32,258 bases of DNA from positions 1-32,258 of the forward strand of contig DYHP01000004.1 of assembly GCA_020724105.1 (NCBI GenBank), written 5' to 3'. This document shows positions 13,983 to 22,409 of the stretch, one piece after another. The first letter of the stretch is position 1; each line of letters begins with the position of its first letter. Position numbers and translations under genes: made by a program. The notes beneath the pieces were generated by a model. It saw only the letters and a program-made list of their open reading frames with translations. It made no database searches and was not told the origin of the DNA. This stretch comes from Candidatus Methylomirabilis sp. (GTDB lineage: Bacteria > Patescibacteriota > Patescibacteriia > DYHP01).

Positions 13983-14354
13983 CTATTCTTCTTTCTCTTT
14001 CTTATTCTTCTGCCCCGCGACTTCGCCGATGACGCATTTGCCGACCAATCTCGCGCCCGCCTCGATTGCCAGCACTTGGGCGTTAATGTCGCCGGTAATT
14101 TCAGCCGTCGGACCAATCTCGACTTTTTCGGCGACGCTTATGTCGCCCTTGACATAACCGGCGATGGTCGCGTTGCGCGCGGCGATATTTGCCTGAATCG
14201 CGGCGTTTTCGCCGATGAGAATATCGGCGGTCGTTTCAATGTTCCCGACAACCTCGCCTTCGATAACCACCCTGCCGGCGCTTTTAAACTCGCCTTCAAG
14301 GCGAACCCCTTGGGCTATAATCGTATCTCCCCCCTCGGATCCTTTGCTAAACAT
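13983..14354 (-). CDS. Bactofilin-family cytoskeletal protein
   Basis: Repetitive beta-helix pattern (VRLEGEFKSAGRVVIEGEVVGNIETTADILIGENAAIQANI...VEIGPTAEITGDI). I prefer the ATG at 14354; the track TTG start lies in a heptamer repeat. Confidence 0.78.
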   Translation of the reverse strand: MFSKGSEGGDTIIAQGVRLEGEFKSAGRVVIEGEVVGNIETTADILIGENAAIQANIAARNATIAGYVKGDISVAEKVEIGPTAEITGDINAQVLAIEAGARLVGKCVIGEVAGQKNKKEKEE

Positions 14355-14576
14355 ATATTTAAAATTCCTAATTCCCAATTTCTAATTCCTAATAAAATGC
14401 CAAATTATAAAGTTCAAATTATCCCGGCAACGAAGTTGCCTAGGGAATTTGATACAATTTGGATTTTGACATTTGGATTTTTATTAGGCCTTAGGTGAAT
14501 TAGGTGAATTTGATCTTCTATTATAAGAATGGCCGCCAATTACTAATTTACCTTAATCATCATAAAAAATCAATGT

Positions 14577-16571
14577 CTATACTCGTTGAAGCGGTTTTAT
14601 CCCCAACAACTTCATCCCTTGTTCAAACGTTTCGGCTATCTTTTTTATAAATAAAATGCGTTGCGTTCTGACGGATTCCGGGGCGTTAAGGACCGGCGTT
14701 GTTTCATAAAAATCATTAAATTTTTTTGCCAAATCATAAAGGTAAAGCGCCAGGTCTGAAGGGTCGAGATTTTTAGCGGACAACTCTATTGTTTCCTCAT
14801 ATTTGGCAAGATGCATTATCAAATTATTTATAGAAGCCATCTTTACGCCATCACCACGCCAATTTACGCCAGCAACCCTCTCATTTTCAGGTACCTGAAA
14901 AATATTATGTAAGGGGGAGTTGGCGGGGGTTGTGTTTTGGCGTTTGGCGGCGTTGTTATGGCGTTTTTTGGCTTCTACGAGAATGCTCTGTGTTCTGGCA
15001 TAGGCATATTCCAAATAAACGCCTGTTCTGCCCAACAAACTGACCGATTCCTCCGGCCTAAAAAGCAATTCCGATTTTGGGTCAACCTGCAAAATATAAA
15101 ATTTCAGCGCCGCCAAAGCCAAATTTTTAATAGAAGCCATCTTTACGCCATCACCACGCCAATTTACGCCAGCAACCCTCTCATTTTCAGGTACCTGAAA
15201 AATATTATGTAAGGGGGAGTTGGCGGGGGTTGTGTTTTGGCGTTTGGCGGCGTTGTTATGGCGTTTTTTGGCTTCTATAATTAGCATTTTCTCTAATTGT
15301 TCAATCAAATCATCGGCATCCACCCTTGCGCCTTCCCGCGATTTTAATTTTCCTTCGGGCAAAAGAACGAGGCCGTAATTTAAATGGAATAATTTTTCCA
15401 CAAAAGGCGCGCCAACAACTTCAAAAATTTTAAACAATTGCTTGAAATAATAATCCTGTTCGGAAGCGACAATATAAATCATTTTGTCAAATTTAAAATC
15501 CTTCGCTCTCTGAAACGCAAGTTCAATGTCATTTGTGGCGTAAACCGATGTGCCGTCGGCGCGCAACACGACCTTGTTTGCCAAACCGAACTTCGCCAAA
15601 TTCGCGATAATATTGCCTTTTTCGTCTTTTTTCAAAAATTTATTTTTAAAATATTCCGCCGCTCTTTTCTTCGCTTTTTTATAAATTTGACTTTCAAAAT
15701 AAATTTTGTCGAACTTTATGCCCAAATTTTTAAATGTTTCGTCAAACCCCCGAAGCGCCCAGTTGTTCATTTTTTTCCACAACGCGACAGTCGGCTTGTC
15801 GCCCGCCTCCCACTTTTTTAACAATTCGTACGCCTCATTTAGAAGCGACGGATTTTCTTTGGCTTTTTCACCGAATAAAACATAGTACCGCCCGACGAAC
15901 GCGTCGCCTTTTTCGGTTTTAGATTTAAGATTTAAAATTTCAGATTTGAATTTTTCTTCGGATTTCGGACCTGTTCCGTAGCGTCGCGAAGCGTCTGCTT
16001 CGGGGTTTCGAATCTCGGATTTCCGCTGCGAAGCAGTGGCTGGCGTTTCGCCATAACCAAATTTCTGGTAAGCAAGCATTGATTTGGCAATGTGGATCCC
16101 GCGGTCATTGACCAACGAGGTGCGGATAACTTTCGCGCCCCGCAATTCCAATATATTGCTTAACGCCTCGCCCAAAAGACCGTTCCGGACATGACCCAGA
16201 TGAAGCGGTTTGTTGCTGTTGGGAGAAACGTATTCTATTACCACCTTTTTAGATTTAAGATTTAAGTTGTCAGATTTAAGTTGTTTTTTTGTTAAAATTT
16301 CTCCGGCGATCTTTTCTTTATCCAAAATAAAATTTAAATAAGGACCCGCGATTCTGATTTCTTTTATATAAGGGTTCTTGGCGATGAAATCTTCCAATTT
16401 ATTTTTGAGTTCCTCCACCTTAGTTGTAAGTTGTAAACCGTGGCACGGCAGCGCCAAATCGCCCATTTCGGGTTTGGGCGGGTACTCAAAAACATCAGCC
16501 GTTATTGGCGATGGCAAGTGCTTATTAATCTCCTCTGCCAGATTTTGTTTCAGGGTCTTGAGAGAGAACAT
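14577..16571 (-). CDS. argS: Arginine--tRNA ligase carrying four repeat-derived in-frame inserts
   Basis: HLGHVRNG (HIGH-like) motif and a DALR-type C-terminus (YLEYAYARTQSIL ... LYLYDLAKKFNDFYE). 664 aa; roughly 150 aa map to repeats at 14831-14977, 15131-15277, 15917-16041 and 16248-16285. Confidence 0.9.
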   Translation of the reverse strand: MFSLKTLKQNLAEEINKHLPSPITADVFEYPPKPEMGDLALPCHGLQLTTKVEELKNKLEDFIAKNPYIKEIRIAGPYLNFILDKEKIAGEILTKKQLKSDNLNLKSKKVVIEYVSPNSNKPLHLGHVRNGLLGEALSNILELRGAKVIRTSLVNDRGIHIAKSMLAYQKFGYGETPATASQRKSEIRNPEADASRRYGTGPKSEEKFKSEILNLKSKTEKGDAFVGRYYVLFGEKAKENPSLLNEAYELLKKWEAGDKPTVALWKKMNNWALRGFDETFKNLGIKFDKIYFESQIYKKAKKRAAEYFKNKFLKKDEKGNIIANLAKFGLANKVVLRADGTSVYATNDIELAFQRAKDFKFDKMIYIVASEQDYYFKQLFKIFEVVGAPFVEKLFHLNYGLVLLPEGKLKSREGARVDADDLIEQLEKMLIIEAKKRHNNAAKRQNTTPANSPLHNIFQVPENERVAGVNWRGDGVKMASIKNLALAALKFYILQVDPKSELLFRPEESVSLLGRTGVYLEYAYARTQSILVEAKKRHNNAAKRQNTTPANSPLHNIFQVPENERVAGVNWRGDGVKMASINNLIMHLAKYEETIELSAKNLDPSDLALYLYDLAKKFNDFYETTPVLNAPESVRTQRILFIKKIAETFEQGMKLLGIKPLQRV
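14831..14977 (-). mobile_element. Family A 147-bp palindromic element, copy 1 (in-frame in argS)
   Basis: Termini TAGAAGCC...GGCTTCTA, central palindrome TTTTCAGGTACCTGAAAA, and arms that are imperfect inverted copies rich in ACGCC/GGCGT words. It translates as EAKKRHNNAAKRQNTTPANSPLHNIFQVPENERVAGVNWRGDGVKMASI. Confidence 0.75.
15131..15277 (-). mobile_element. Family A element, copy 2 (in-frame in argS)
   Basis: 147/147 nt identical to 14831-14977, exactly 300 bp away, in the same orientation and reading frame. Confidence 0.75.
15917..15950. repeat. AGATTTA heptamer array, in-frame in argS
   Basis: TTTTAGATTTAAGATTTAAAATTTCAGATTTGAA, translated as FKSEILNLKSKT. Confidence 0.7.
16248..16285. 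repeat. AGATTTAAG array, in-frame in argS
   Basis: TTTAGATTTAAGATTTAAGTTGTCAGATTTAAGTTG, translated as QLKSDNLNLKSKK. Confidence 0.7.
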
Positions 16572-16682
16572 GTCCTATCAAATTTTTAATTTTAAATTTT
16601 TAATTTTTAAACTGGGTTAAAAATTAAGCCAATAAAAATTTAAATAAAAATTAAGAATTAAAAATTGAAAATTACTATTTAT

Positions 16683-16710
16683 ATTATACTCCTCTTGCCA
16701 AAATTATCAA
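16683..16710 (-). promoter_or_regulatory. Putative promoter for argS (TTGATA-16-TATAAT)
   Basis: On the minus strand: TTGATA at 16710-16705 and TATAAT at 16688-16683. It overlaps the divergent + strand promoter. Confidence 0.4.
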
Positions 16711-16723
16711 TATGTGCTATACT
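16695..16723 (+). promoter_or_regulatory. Putative promoter for rny (TTGCCA-17-TATACT)
   Basis: TTGCCA at 16695-16700, a 17-nt spacer, and TATACT at 16718-16723. This implies a leader of about 185 nt before the ATG at 16908. Confidence 0.4.
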
Positions 16724-16907
16724 TCTATTTAGATGAATATTTAAGCAAAAAATCGCTGCTCTTAGAATCATAGATGGCACTACTTATTGGAATGAAAGTA
16801 AAGAAAGCGTATTCTTATGAATTTTTTCTCAAATTTGAAACTTAATCTCCCAAGACGAAAAACTCAAACTTCATCTCTGAAACTCTTCAAGAGGGCGAAT
16901 TTTTAAT

Positions 16908-18434
16908 ATGGAAATCTTAATCGTCTTAATACTGGCCGCGGCCTGCGTCGGCGGTTTTTTGGGTTATTTAATCAGAAGCGAGGTGGCTAAAAGAAGGGCG
17001 GCGAGCGCCGAGGCGCGCGCGGGAAAAATCATAAGCGACGCCAAAACTCGAGCCCAGGAATTTTTAATAAGAACAAAAGAAAAAGGGCTGCAAATCATTG
17101 AGGAAGCCAAGAAAGAAGAAACCGAGAGAAGAAAAACATTGCTTGAACACGAAAAAAGATTGGAAAAAAGAGAATCGCTCTTTGACCAAAAACTTTTGGA
17201 ATCCCAGGAAAAGCAGCAAAAACTGCAGGACAAACTGCGCGAAATCGAGGAGATAAAATTAAAAATAAACCAATTAAAAGACCGAATATTGGGGGAATTG
17301 CAAAGGATTTCATCGCTTAGCGTGGAGGAGGCCAAGCAAGAAATTTTGAAACGCGTGGAAGACGACGTGAAAGACGAAGCGCTTTCAAGAATCAGGAAAC
17401 TTGAACAGACCGCGGCGGAAGAACTTGAAAACAAAACAAAAGAACTGATTGGCGATATCTTGCAAAGAGTGGCGATTTCGCACGCTGTGGAAATCACCAC
17501 CACCAGCGTTAATTTGCCCAACGACGAAATGAAAGGAAGAATTATCGGCAAAGAAGGCAGAAACATCAGGACCATAGAACAATTAACCGGCACCGAACTT
17601 ATTATTGACGAAACGCCGAACACAATAACCGTTTCAAGTTTCTCCCCCATCCGCCGCCAAATCGCCAAACGGGCGCTCGACAAACTCATTGCCGACGGCA
17701 GAATCCAGCCGGCGCGCATTGAAGAAGCGATTGACATCTCCAAAAAAGAATTGGCGATAGAAATTAAAAAAGCCGGCGAAGACACTTTGTATTCTTTGGG
17801 GCTTGAAATCGCGGGATACGACCCAAAGCTCATCCAAATCTTAGGCAGATTGAAATTCAGGACAAGTTACGGACAAAATGTTTTGCAGCACTCAATCGAA
17901 GTGGCGTACTTGTCCGCGCTTTTGGCCCAAGAATTGGGGCTCAACGCTTCATTGGCGAAAAAAGGCGGTTTGTTCCATGACGTCGGCAAGGCGGTTGACC
18001 AGGAAGTGCAGGGAACTCATCCTGAAATCGGCTATAATATTTTGAAAAAATTCGGCCTTCCCGAAGACGTCGCTTATTGCGCCTTGGGACATCATGAAGA
18101 CAAGCCAAAAACCATTGAAGCGATATTGGTGAAAACCGCCGATGCCATATCGGGCGCGAGGCCGGGCGCGCGCAAAGAAACGCTTGAACAATACATCCAA
18201 AGGTTGGAAGATTTGGAAAAAGTCGCCACCGGTTTTTCGGGCGTGGAAAAAGCCTACGCCATCCAAGCCGGCCGAGAAATCAGAGTTTTCGTTAAACCCG
18301 ACCAAATCGACGATTTGTCGGCGTTTAATTTGGCTCGCGACATTGCCAAACAAATAGAAACGGAATTAAGATACCCGGGCGAAATCAAGGTGACGGTCAT
18401 CAGGGAAACCCGCGCCATTGAATACGCGAGATAA
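16908..18434 (+). CDS. rny: Ribonuclease Y
   Basis: N-terminal TM helix, coiled-coil, KH domain (GRIIGKEGRNIRTIE) and HD domain (HSIEVA...LFHDVGKA...GHH). Confidence 0.93.
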   Translation: MEILIVLILAAACVGGFLGYLIRSEVAKRRAASAEARAGKIISDAKTRAQEFLIRTKEKGLQIIEEAKKEETERRKTLLEHEKRLEKRESLFDQKLLESQEKQQKLQDKLREIEEIKLKINQLKDRILGELQRISSLSVEEAKQEILKRVEDDVKDEALSRIRKLEQTAAEELENKTKELIGDILQRVAISHAVEITTTSVNLPNDEMKGRIIGKEGRNIRTIEQLTGTELIIDETPNTITVSSFSPIRRQIAKRALDKLIADGRIQPARIEEAIDISKKELAIEIKKAGEDTLYSLGLEIAGYDPKLIQILGRLKFRTSYGQNVLQHSIEVAYLSALLAQELGLNASLAKKGGLFHDVGKAVDQEVQGTHPEIGYNILKKFGLPEDVAYCALGHHEDKPKTIEAILVKTADAISGARPGARKETLEQYIQRLEDLEKVATGFSGVEKAYAIQAGREIRVFVKPDQIDDLSAFNLARDIAKQIETELRYPGEIKVTVIRETRAIEYAR

Positions 18435-18484
18435 TAAGACCTTTAGGACCTATAGGACCCATTAGTCCGATTGGACTCATAAGA
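18434..18484. repeat. 9-mer family, rny-ymdB spacer
   Basis: ATAAGACCTTTAGGACCTATAGGACCCATTAGTCCGATTGGACTCATAAG. Confidence 0.8.
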
Positions 18485-18492
18485 TTTAATTT

Positions 18493-19326
18493 ATGACCAT
18501 ATTATTCTTCGGCGACATAATGGGCAAAATCGGCCGCAAGGCCGTAGAAAAAATAACGCCCAAGTGGAAAAAGAAATACAAACCCGATGTTATCATCGCC
18601 AACGGCGAAAACCTGGCGCACGGCATTGGCATTACCGAAAAAACGGCGCGCCAAGTTTTTGACGCGGGCGTTGATTTTTTAACCGGCGGCAACCACACTT
18701 TTGATAAAACAAGCGACCTCTATATATGGAACGACGAAGTTTTTGAAAAAAAATTGCTTCGTCCGGCGAACTTAACCCCCCTAATCCCACCCCTTATTTT
18801 AAGGGGGGGCAAGGAGGGATTACCGGGCGAAGGGGTGAAGATAATTGATGTTAAAGGAAATAAATTAATGCTTATCAATCTAATGGGTAGAGTGTTTTTC
18901 AAAGAAGAATACCTGGACCCGTTTAAAATGATGAATGAAATCTTGAAAGACAAGCCCAAAGACATTAAATGCGTTATTTTGGATTTTCACGCCGAAGCGA
19001 CATCGGAAAAAAACGCTTTGGGCTGGTATTTGGACGGGGGAATTTCCGCGATAATAGGCACGCACACGCACATCCCGACAGCCGACGCGAAAATCCTGCC
19101 GCAAGGCGCCGCTTACATCACCGACGTCGGCATGGTCGGCGCCAGAGATTCGGTGCTCGGCGAGAATAAAGATGCCATTATTAATGCTTTTTTGACTGAC
19201 AGCGGATTTAAACATGACATTCCGGAAAAAGGCGAAGCGATAATCGGCGCGGTTTTATTGAAAATCGACGAAAAAACCGGCAAGGCGAAAAAAATTGAGA
19301 GATTGGAAGAGACAATTAAAATTTAA
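18493..19326 (+). CDS. ymdB: YmdB-family metallophosphoesterase (TIGR00282-like)
   Basis: MTILFFGDIMGKIGRKAV...ANGENLAHGIGIT...GGNHTFDK...DFHAEATSEK...GTHTH, with conserved rny-ymdB synteny. Contains a hairpin-derived insert at 18774-18822. Confidence 0.85.
   Translation: MTILFFGDIMGKIGRKAVEKITPKWKKKYKPDVIIANGENLAHGIGITEKTARQVFDAGVDFLTGGNHTFDKTSDLYIWNDEVFEKKLLRPANLTPLIPPLILRGGKEGLPGEGVKIIDVKGNKLMLINLMGRVFFKEEYLDPFKMMNEILKDKPKDIKCVILDFHAEATSEKNALGWYLDGGISAIIGTHTHIPTADAKILPQGAAYITDVGMVGARDSVLGENKDAIINAFLTDSGFKHDIPEKGEAIIGAVLLKIDEKTGKAKKIERLEETIKI
18774..18822 (+). repeat. Family C hairpin (in-frame in ymdB)
   Basis: AACCCCCCTAATCCCACCCCTTATTTTAAGGGGGGGCAAGGAGGGATT. It translates as LTPLIPPLILRGGKEGL. 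Confidence 0.7.
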
Positions 19327-19327
19327 C

Positions 19328-19356
19328 TGGACTTATAAGTCCTATAGGTCCTATAA
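19328..19356. repeat. 9-mer family after the ymdB stop
   Basis: TGGACTTATAAGTCCTATAGGTCCTATAA, just before the terminator hairpin. Confidence 0.75.
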
Positions 19357-19361
19357 AATAA

Positions 19362-19390
19362 ATACCCCCGATAAAATCGGGGGTATTTTA
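19362..19390. terminator. Intrinsic terminator (bidirectional) after ymdB and the small minus-strand ORF
   Basis: ATACCCCCGAT-AAA-ATCGGGGGTAT is a perfect 11-bp stem, followed by TTTA. The left flank is A/T-rich. Confidence 0.75.
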
Positions 19391-19439
19391 GATTTAACTC
19401 TTCTCACTTGGTAATTCTTCTCACTTAGGAGAGGTTTGC

Positions 19440-19607
19440 CTAAATATCAGCGGAAATCAATTCCATTAATCTTTCGCGCTCCGCAAGAATGCAGGCGATT
19501 TTATCAAGTTCGCGCTCGCGCTTTTTCAAAATCTTTTTGGCCTTTTTGTAGCACTTTTTGATGATTTTTCTTACTCCGTCCTCTAAAACCGTGGTTTTTC
19601 CAACCAT
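19440..19607 (-). CDS. Small basic hypothetical protein (55 aa)
   Basis: ATG (MVGKTTVLEDG...) preceded by AAGGAGA at about 7 nt. A CCCCGAA/TTCGGGG hairpin lies immediately upstream at about 19624-19647. Confidence 0.4.
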   Translation of the reverse strand: MVGKTTVLEDGVRKIIKKCYKKAKKILKKRERELDKIACILAERERLMELISADI

Positions 19608-19784
19608 TTTTGTTCTCCTTTTGCCCCGAATCACACAGGGTTCGGGGTAACCCTGCACTCCGCGCGCTGTGGGGTTAAATTTTTAAAGCGCTTTCATCTA
19701 ATTTAAGAATAATGGATTGGGGCGCTTTGTTAATTAAGAATAAAAAATCCTTGTTGTTTTTCTTAACATTGTTTTTCTTGATAA

Positions 19785-19813
19785 TTGACTCGCTTTCTAC
19801 AATCTGATAAAGT
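19785..19813 (+). promoter_or_regulatory. Putative promoter for the Lon-family gene (TTGACT-17-TAAAGT)
   Basis: TTGACT at 19785-19790, a 17-nt spacer, and TAAAGT at 19808-19813. An AGAGGAG Shine-Dalgarno sequence precedes the ATG at 19869. Confidence 0.35.
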
Positions 19814-19868
19814 TAAATTAACGCAAAAAGCACCTTAAAAACCTGAAAATAAAGAGAGGAGTTGAACA

Positions 19869-22286
19869 ATGGATAAAAGAAAACTGGAAGCCAAAAGTTT
19901 AAGAAGGACTATTGACCCAAAAGACCTCGAAGGCAAGAATGTTGAAGAAGATATCATCGGCCAGGAAAGAGTCAAAAGAGCTCTCGGGCTTCTTGAAATC
20001 AAAGGCAAGGGTTACCATCTTTTCGTGGCTGGGCCCGCGGGCACTGGGAAAACAAAACGGGTCTTGGCGGAACTCGAAAAAATCGCTTCGACAAAACCGA
20101 CGCCGCCAGACCTCTGTTACGTTGAAAATTTTTCGAAACCGGACGAACCGCGTCTCATTGTTTTTCCCGCGGGCACGGCGAAAAAATTCGCCGAAGACCT
20201 GCCGCATGCAGTAAATATCGTTCAGACAAGAATCGCTCTGGCAGAAATGGAGCCTGAGTTTACAAAGGCCCGCGACCTCATTAACATCCATGTTCAGGCG
20301 GAACTTGAAAAAAAACTGCAAAAATCCAAGATTATCAAAGAAGGGAAAGCAAAAAACATCCGCCTCATTTTCACAACGCCGGGAAAATTTATCGTCTCGT
20401 TTGAAACCAAGGATGGAACAGTGGAAGTTAAGTTAGAAGATTTCTACGACGACCACAACAAGGCAAACGCGGTAAAACAGGATTCGGAAATGACCGAGGA
20501 AATGAAAAAGCAAATCACCGAAGACCTGAAAAACAAATACTGCGGCAGATTTGAAGAAATCGCTGAATTTATATGGGTCGTCTGCATCAAATTCCTCGTC
20601 CCCGCAACGGAAGAAGCGCAAAAACTCCATCAAAAGGCGCTTAACGAACATTACAACCACTGCGTCAAATCCACTCTTGCCTCTTTTGCCAAAATGTATC
20701 CGTCGGCGCGGGAGCATCTCCAAGACCTCGGCAATGAATTCTTGAAAAATATCAACATCTATAATCTGTATAACCTGAATCCCGCTTTCCTCCGTAAGGC
20801 TAATCCGGAAACGCAAGCCGCCATTCTTCTAAAACATGAACAACTTGCCAAGGTTAATGTCGCGGTCGACAATAGCGGAACAAAGGGCGCGCCGATTGTT
20901 ATTGAAACCAACCCGACATACCAAAACCTCTTCGGTTACATCGAGAAAATCGAAACAAAAGACGGTTTTATTAAGCCTACCTCCCAAAACATCAAAGCCG
21001 GCGACATCCACAAAGCCAACGGCGGATACCTCATTATCGACGCCCGAAACATTTTCAACCAGTACTTAGGTTTTGCAATCTGGTGCGCTCTCAAACGAAC
21101 GCTTAAAGACGGCAAAATAACCTTAAGAGGCCCGCGCGAATCTTTGGATTTGTCAGTTCCCTACCTCAGGCCGGAAGCGGCGCCGCTCGACATAAAAGTG
21201 ATTTTAGTGGGCAGCAAGTCGCTTTATAGCGCGCTGAATGACCATGACGACCAGTTTTCATCGCTGTTTGAAAAAGCGGAAATAGAAAGCGAATCGGATT
21301 TTACCGCCGAACTTTGCGATCGCCTCACCTCTCACTTGCGCAAATATTCTTGCGATAAAATCGGTAAGCCCATCACTCCGGCGGCTGTAGCGCGAATCCT
21401 TGAATACGGCTTTGAACTGGTGGAGTCGCAGGAAAAAATCAGCATGCAAATCGGCAAATTGGAAAGACTGGCGCAAGAGGCCGCTTTGTATTCCGAGGAG
21501 GACAAAATCTACGTTGAAGCGGTTATAAAAGCGCTCGAAGAAAAAGAGTTCCGCAACAATTTGATTGAAGAAAGATACCTTGAATACATCGGCAAGAACT
21601 TTTTGAAAATTGACATTCTTGGCAAAAAAGGCGGTGAAATCAACGCCATGAGCGTCCCGCGCCATGACAATCACGAATTCGGCCACCCCTCTAAGGTGAC
21701 CTGCAACGTTTTTGCCGGAAAAGGCGGTCTGATTTTTATTGACAGAATCATTAAACAAACCGGCCCGATTTTCAACAAAGCTGCGGAAATCATGGGTTCG
21801 TGGCTTCACAAAGAATTTGCCAAAAACAAACACTTGTCGTTTACGGCAAAAATCTGTTTTGAACAGAATTACTACGGCCTTGAAGGCGACAGTGCCTCAA
21901 TCGCCGAAGTTGCCGTGCTGGTTTCGGAAATTTCCGGCATCCCAATAAGGCAAGATTTGGCCGTCACCGGTTCAATGAACCAAAAAGGCGTTATCCAGCC
22001 AATTGGCGGAGTCAACTGCAAAATCAAAGGATTCTACAAAGCCTGCCAAAAAATCAATTTCACCGGCACGCAGGGCTTGGTGATTCCAAGGGACAACGTC
22101 AATGACCTGATGCTGCCGAAAGAAATCGTTCAAAGCGCGGCGGAAGAAAAATTCGCCATTTATCCAGTCGAGAGAATCGAGGAAGCGCTTGAAATCTTGC
22201 TTGACGCGGACTGGCTGGAAATCAAAAAAGCAATGGAAAAGGGACTTGAGCCTTTCTACTACGAAAAGAAAAAAACTGGTTTTTAA
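19869..22286 (+). CDS. Lon-family protease with N-terminal AAA_32-type ATPase-like domain (YcbZ/LonH-like)
   Basis: GQERVKRALGLLEIKGKGYHLFVAGPAGTGKTK...DLCYVENFSKPDEPRLIVFPAG at the N-terminus. The C-terminal S16 domain has GLEGDSASIAE...AVTGSMNQKGVIQPIGGVNCKIKG (Ser-Lys dyad context). Confidence 0.8.
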   Translation: MDKRKLEAKSLRRTIDPKDLEGKNVEEDIIGQERVKRALGLLEIKGKGYHLFVAGPAGTGKTKRVLAELEKIASTKPTPPDLCYVENFSKPDEPRLIVFPAGTAKKFAEDLPHAVNIVQTRIALAEMEPEFTKARDLINIHVQAELEKKLQKSKIIKEGKAKNIRLIFTTPGKFIVSFETKDGTVEVKLEDFYDDHNKANAVKQDSEMTEEMKKQITEDLKNKYCGRFEEIAEFIWVVCIKFLVPATEEAQKLHQKALNEHYNHCVKSTLASFAKMYPSAREHLQDLGNEFLKNINIYNLYNLNPAFLRKANPETQAAILLKHEQLAKVNVAVDNSGTKGAPIVIETNPTYQNLFGYIEKIETKDGFIKPTSQNIKAGDIHKANGGYLIIDARNIFNQYLGFAIWCALKRTLKDGKITLRGPRESLDLSVPYLRPEAAPLDIKVILVGSKSLYSALNDHDDQFSSLFEKAEIESESDFTAELCDRLTSHLRKYSCDKIGKPITPAAVARILEYGFELVESQEKISMQIGKLERLAQEAALYSEEDKIYVEAVIKALEEKEFRNNLIEERYLEYIGKNFLKIDILGKKGGEINAMSVPRHDNHEFGHPSKVTCNVFAGKGGLIFIDRIIKQTGPIFNKAAEIMGSWLHKEFAKNKHLSFTAKICFEQNYYGLEGDSASIAEVAVLVSEISGIPIRQDLAVTGSMNQKGVIQPIGGVNCKIKGFYKACQKINFTGTQGLVIPRDNVNDLMLPKEIVQSAAEEKFAIYPVERIEEALEILLDADWLEIKKAMEKGLEPFYYEKKKTGF

Positions 22287-22293
22287 AAATTAT

Positions 22294-22322
22294 AGAGCCT
22301 TGTTAGCAAGGCTCTTTTTTGT
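22294..22322 (+). terminator. Intrinsic terminator after the Lon-family gene
   Basis: AGAGCCTTG-TTAG-CAAGGCTCT is a 9-bp stem, followed by TTTTTTGT. Confidence 0.8.
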
Positions 22323-22327
22323 TAAAA

Positions 22328-22400
22328 TCCGCCCAAGAGGAGTCGAACCTCTAACCATCTCCTTAAGAGGGAGCCGCTCTGCCAGTTGAGCTATGGGCGG
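22328..22400 (-). tRNA. tRNA-Lys (anticodon CUU), CCA not encoded
   Basis: Hand-folded: CCGCCCA TA GCTC AACTGGCA GAGC G GCTCC CTCTTAA GGAGA TGGTT AGAGG TTCGACT CCTCT TGGGCGG A. There is one mismatch at the top of the anticodon stem. Confidence 0.8.
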
Positions 22401-22409
22401 TTGTCGGAA

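Noticed and set aside
14831-15277. CRISPR array or DGR template/variable repeat pair
   Set aside because: Only two copies of a 147-bp palindromic unit are present, with no regular short repeat-spacer structure and no cas genes. Differences between the argS and miaA copies are not adenine-specific, and no reverse transcriptase is nearby. Neither CRISPR nor a DGR fits.
8383-16285. Inteins or self-splicing introns as the explanation for the inserts in argS, miaA and miaB
   Set aside because: The inserts are 29-49 codons and lack intein terminal motifs (N-terminal C/S, C-terminal HN + C/S/T). They are far shorter than group I or group II introns. RNA-level removal cannot be excluded from sequence alone and is listed as a test.
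16572-16907. T-box or other riboswitch leader upstream of argS, and similarly upstream of trpS
   Set aside because: The argS leader is almost pure A/T heptamer repeat with no T-box-like GGTGGTACCGCG core. The trpS upstream region (31311-31367) is only a 9-mer array.
16964-17833. 289-aa minus-strand ORF antisense to rny
   Set aside because: It is Ser-rich low-complexity sequence, the mirror of the Glu/Lys-rich coiled-coil of RNase Y. It is a shadow ORF.
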